From contig NC_086100.1 in the NCBI RefSeq assembly GCF_963921235.1, forward strand, positions 151,280,001-151,344,000: 64,000 bases of DNA, written 5' to 3'. The stretch is from Mobula hypostoma. Its lineage: Eukaryota. How positions within the stretch are numbered: the first letter of the stretch is position 1; each line of letters starts with the position of its first letter. The notes beneath the pieces are model-generated. The model was not told the DNA's origin. It was given only the letters and a program-made list of their open reading frames with translations, and did not search any database. Shown here in pieces: positions 61,199-64,000 of the stretch. Both the position numbers and the translations under genes were made by a program.

Positions 61199-62078
61199 CA
61201 GGTTTTCCCCTGCCATCCGAAGGTAGAGCATTCCTATGAAATGGTTCGTAAGCTGGAATGTTGTAAAGCGAAGAAGCAATTACCATTTACTGATATGGGA
61301 AAATTTTGTGAAATTATAAAATTTTGTACCTAATTAATTAGCATGTTTATTTCGGCTTTTTTTCTTAAAGATGTGCTGTGTGTCTCCCGGCTACCGCTGC
61401 ATTCTCCACGAATCGGTATCTGTCCGTGGCCTGGGGTTTGGGGTGGTGGGACACTGGGGTGTCATCTCATCGTCGTCTGCTGTGGCTGATGTGGAAGGCT
61501 TGCTTGACTGCTTAGCCTCGAGCATTTTTAGATCATACAGTTCTTCGTAAGCACTCAAACCATTCTGCAAATATCCCCTAAACCTACATACCCTTTCAAA
61601 ATTAAAGTCGTACTTTATCATTTCTCATTTGGTTTCGATTGTTATCCTTTCCTCTTCCAATTGCATCAGCTATTCTATCAGTTCTTGGTCATGGGATGCC
61701 AAAACCTCTTCAACATCATCTTCGCCAGCTTCCACAAGCCAAACTCACTTAGTCCTTACTTCGTTCACCACAATCAAAAGGATTACTTATTTCTAGTTTT
61801 ACGCTAAGTGTAACATCCTTACGAGCTCTTTCAGGTTTTTCCGATACTCATCTTGCAAACGGCTGCTCACAGGCATGTGTTAAAGCAATGCCGGCGAGAA
61901 TGTAGTTCCGAATCCGGGGGAGAGCGGCTGCTTGGGGCGCGTGCTGCCTTTTATCGTGCGCTGTTTTTTTTTCATAACAGTGAAAACACCTTCTGTTAGC
62001 GAAAACAGGGTACTAATGTAGGTCTTTCATAACAGTGAGGTTTCGTAAAGCGAACGTTCGAAAAGCGAGGGACACCTG
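61199..62078 (-). mobile_element. Tigger/pogo-like non-autonomous DNA transposon
   Basis: Imperfect TIRs CAGGTTTTCCCC / CAGGTGTCCCTC with TA on both sides; ORF 61391..61621 DFNFERVCRF...YEELYD resembles a Tigger transposase C-terminus. Confidence 0.75.
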
Positions 62079-62699
62079 TATTTACTTCAAAAGTAATGGC
62101 ATTTTGATCACGGATGCAAGTTGTTCTCTTATACAAACTGTCACCATCTTAATTCCAGGTGTTGAGCCATGCATGCCCTGAGCTCATTTGCCTTCCCTAT
62201 GATACTTCTTGCATTGAAATATATACAGCTCAGGACAGTAGTCACACCATGCTCAATCTTTTTTGCTTCCTGACTGTCTGAGGTGTTACAAACACCTGTC
62301 TCCACAACCTCTCCAGTAACTTCTGGCACTCTGGTTCCCATCCCCCTGCAGCTCTAGCTTAAACCCATAGTACAGGACTAACAAACCTTCTCGCTAGACT
62401 ATTAGTACCCCTCCAGTTCAGGTGCAAACTGACCCTTCTGTACAGGTTCCATCTTCCCTGGAAGAGAGTCCAATGAGCCAAAAATCTGATGTCCTCCCTC
62501 CTATACCAAAGAAATAATCTTTCTTTCTTTTTTTTTAGCCTCACTTACACATGGCACAAATAGCAATCCTGAAATCATAACCTTGGAGATCCTGTCCTCT
62601 AAATTTATGCCTAATGCACCCGGGAGGGAACATCCCATCCAGGAATCTCGTTTTTGCCTTGTCTGTTCCCCTAACTAACAAATCCCCTAAACAGATGCA

Positions 62700-63430
62700 T
62701 CTGTATTTACTCAGGATGTGCACAGAGTCTATAGAAGTGATGCAAAATGCTATCAACTTCATGGACCTGTACAGATTACAGAGGGGGAGGTGTTTGCTAT
62801 TGAGGCAAATCAGGGTGGATAAGTTACCAAGGCGTTTTCTCAGACCCTACAAGAAGCAAGTGCAAGAATTGCTGGGGCCCGAACAGAGAGATTTAAATCA
62901 TCCTTAGTGACAGGAGAGGTTACAGAGGATTAGGGGATAGCCTGTGTTGTTCCATTGTTTAAAAAAGGCTCTAAACATAACCTAGGAAATTATAGGCCGT
63001 GAGTTTGACATCAGTTATGGGAAAGTTATTGGAAACTATTCTAAGGGACTGGAAATATAAGTATTTGGATTGATGTGGACTGACTAAGGATGGTCAGCAT
63101 ACCTTTGTGTGTGGTAGATCATGTCTCACCAATCTTGTAGAGCTTTTTGAGGAAGTTACCAGGAAAGGTGATGAAGGCAAAGCAGTTGATATTGTCTACA
63201 TGGACTTTGGCAAGGCATTTGATAAGGTCCCGCATGGGAGGTAGGTCAAGAAGGTTCAGTTGCTTGGCATTCAAGATGAGGTAGTAAATTTTATTAGATA
63301 TTGACTTTGTGGGAGAAGCTAGAGAGTGGCAGTAAATGGTTGCCACTCTGACTGAAGGCCTGTGACTTGTGGAGTGCCACATGGATGGTTGCTCTGTCGG
63401 TGGTTGTTTGTCATCTATATCTGTGATCTG
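62700..63430 (+). mobile_element. CR1-clade RT fragment
   Basis: GNYRP, CLTNLVELFEEVT and DFGKAFDKVPH remnants. Confidence 0.8.
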
Positions 63431-63431
63431 G

Positions 63432-64000
63432 AAAACACACACAAAATGCTGGAGGGACTCAGCAGGCCAAGCAGCATCTACAGAAAAGAGTGTAGTTGAC
63501 GTTTCGGGCCAAGACTCTTCATCAGGACTGGAGAAAAAGGATGAGGAGTCAGTGTTAGAAGGTGGGGGAGGGGAGGAAGAAACACAAGGTGATAGATGAA
63601 ACTAGGAAGGGGGGTGGGTTAAGTAAGGAGCTTGGAAGTTGAGTGGTGAAAGAGATACAGGGCTGGAGAAGGGGGAATCTGATAGAGGACAGAAGGCCTT
63701 GGAAGGGGGAGGAGCACCAGAGAGTGCAGGTAAGGAGATAAAGTGAGAGAGGGAAATGGGAATAGTGAAGGGGGGGGCGTTACTGGAAGTTCGAGAAATC
63801 GATGTTCATGTCATCAGGTTGGAGGCTACTCAGTTGTAATATAGGGTGTTGCTCCTCCATCCTGAATGTGGCCTTATTGCGACAGTAGAAGAGCCATGGA
63901 TTGACATGTCAGAATGGGAAGTGGAATTAAAATGGGTGGCCACTGGGAGATCCCTCTTCTTCTGGTGGATGGAGTGTAGGTGCTCAGCGAAGCTGTCTCC
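63432..64000 (-). mobile_element. Penelope-derived 3' region with hammerhead motif (63493-63530)
   Basis: Minus strand CAGTC-CTGATGA-AGAGTCTTGGCCC-GAAA-CGTC-AACTA; purine-rich tract and GIY-YIG-adjacent sequence. Confidence 0.8.

Larger units (their letters stand above)
58273..62540 (-). mobile_element. Decayed CR1-clade LINE hosting a MITE and a Tigger element
   Basis: ORFs 59061..59546, 60133..60540, 60491..60847 and 62141..62341 (CIYFNARSI). Confidence 0.85.

Noticed and set aside
61391-61621. DDDEMTP as POLR2B exon 2 (DDDEITP)
   Set aside because: Wrong strand, lies inside the Tigger-like element, and the flanking residues do not match RPB2.

Overview
Vertebrate genomic DNA. The repeat complement (CR1, Rex1/Babar, Penelope, V-SINE) suggests a cartilaginous fish, probably a ray; this is inference. 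Three host genes sit in densely nested transposon debris. (1) A two-exon, intron-containing Jun/AP-1 bZIP gene (- strand, 4229-3968 joined to 2059-1446, 291 aa) with a compact CRE + RFX X-box + G4 promoter. (2) A three-exon THAP1-like gene (- strand, 43648-43578, 41695-41494, 32810-32475, 202 aa). (3) The promoter and first coding exon of a probable POLR2B (+ strand, 56033-56057). Mobile DNA includes a full-length decayed Gypsy element with PNMA-like gag (48407-55230), a second Gypsy remnant carrying two solo LTRs, nested CR1 LINEs, Harbinger, Tigger and Tc1/mariner-type non-autonomous elements, SINEs, and many Penelope-derived ends. Most notable: a dispersed set of minimal type-I hammerhead ribozyme motifs on the Penelope ends, including a young TSD-flanked insertion with two intact inverted copies; the intron-bearing Jun paralog; and an ITS2-28S pre-rRNA fragment fused to a retroelement tail inside a MITE inside a LINE. 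Coordinates of old repeats are approximate. No database searches were run.
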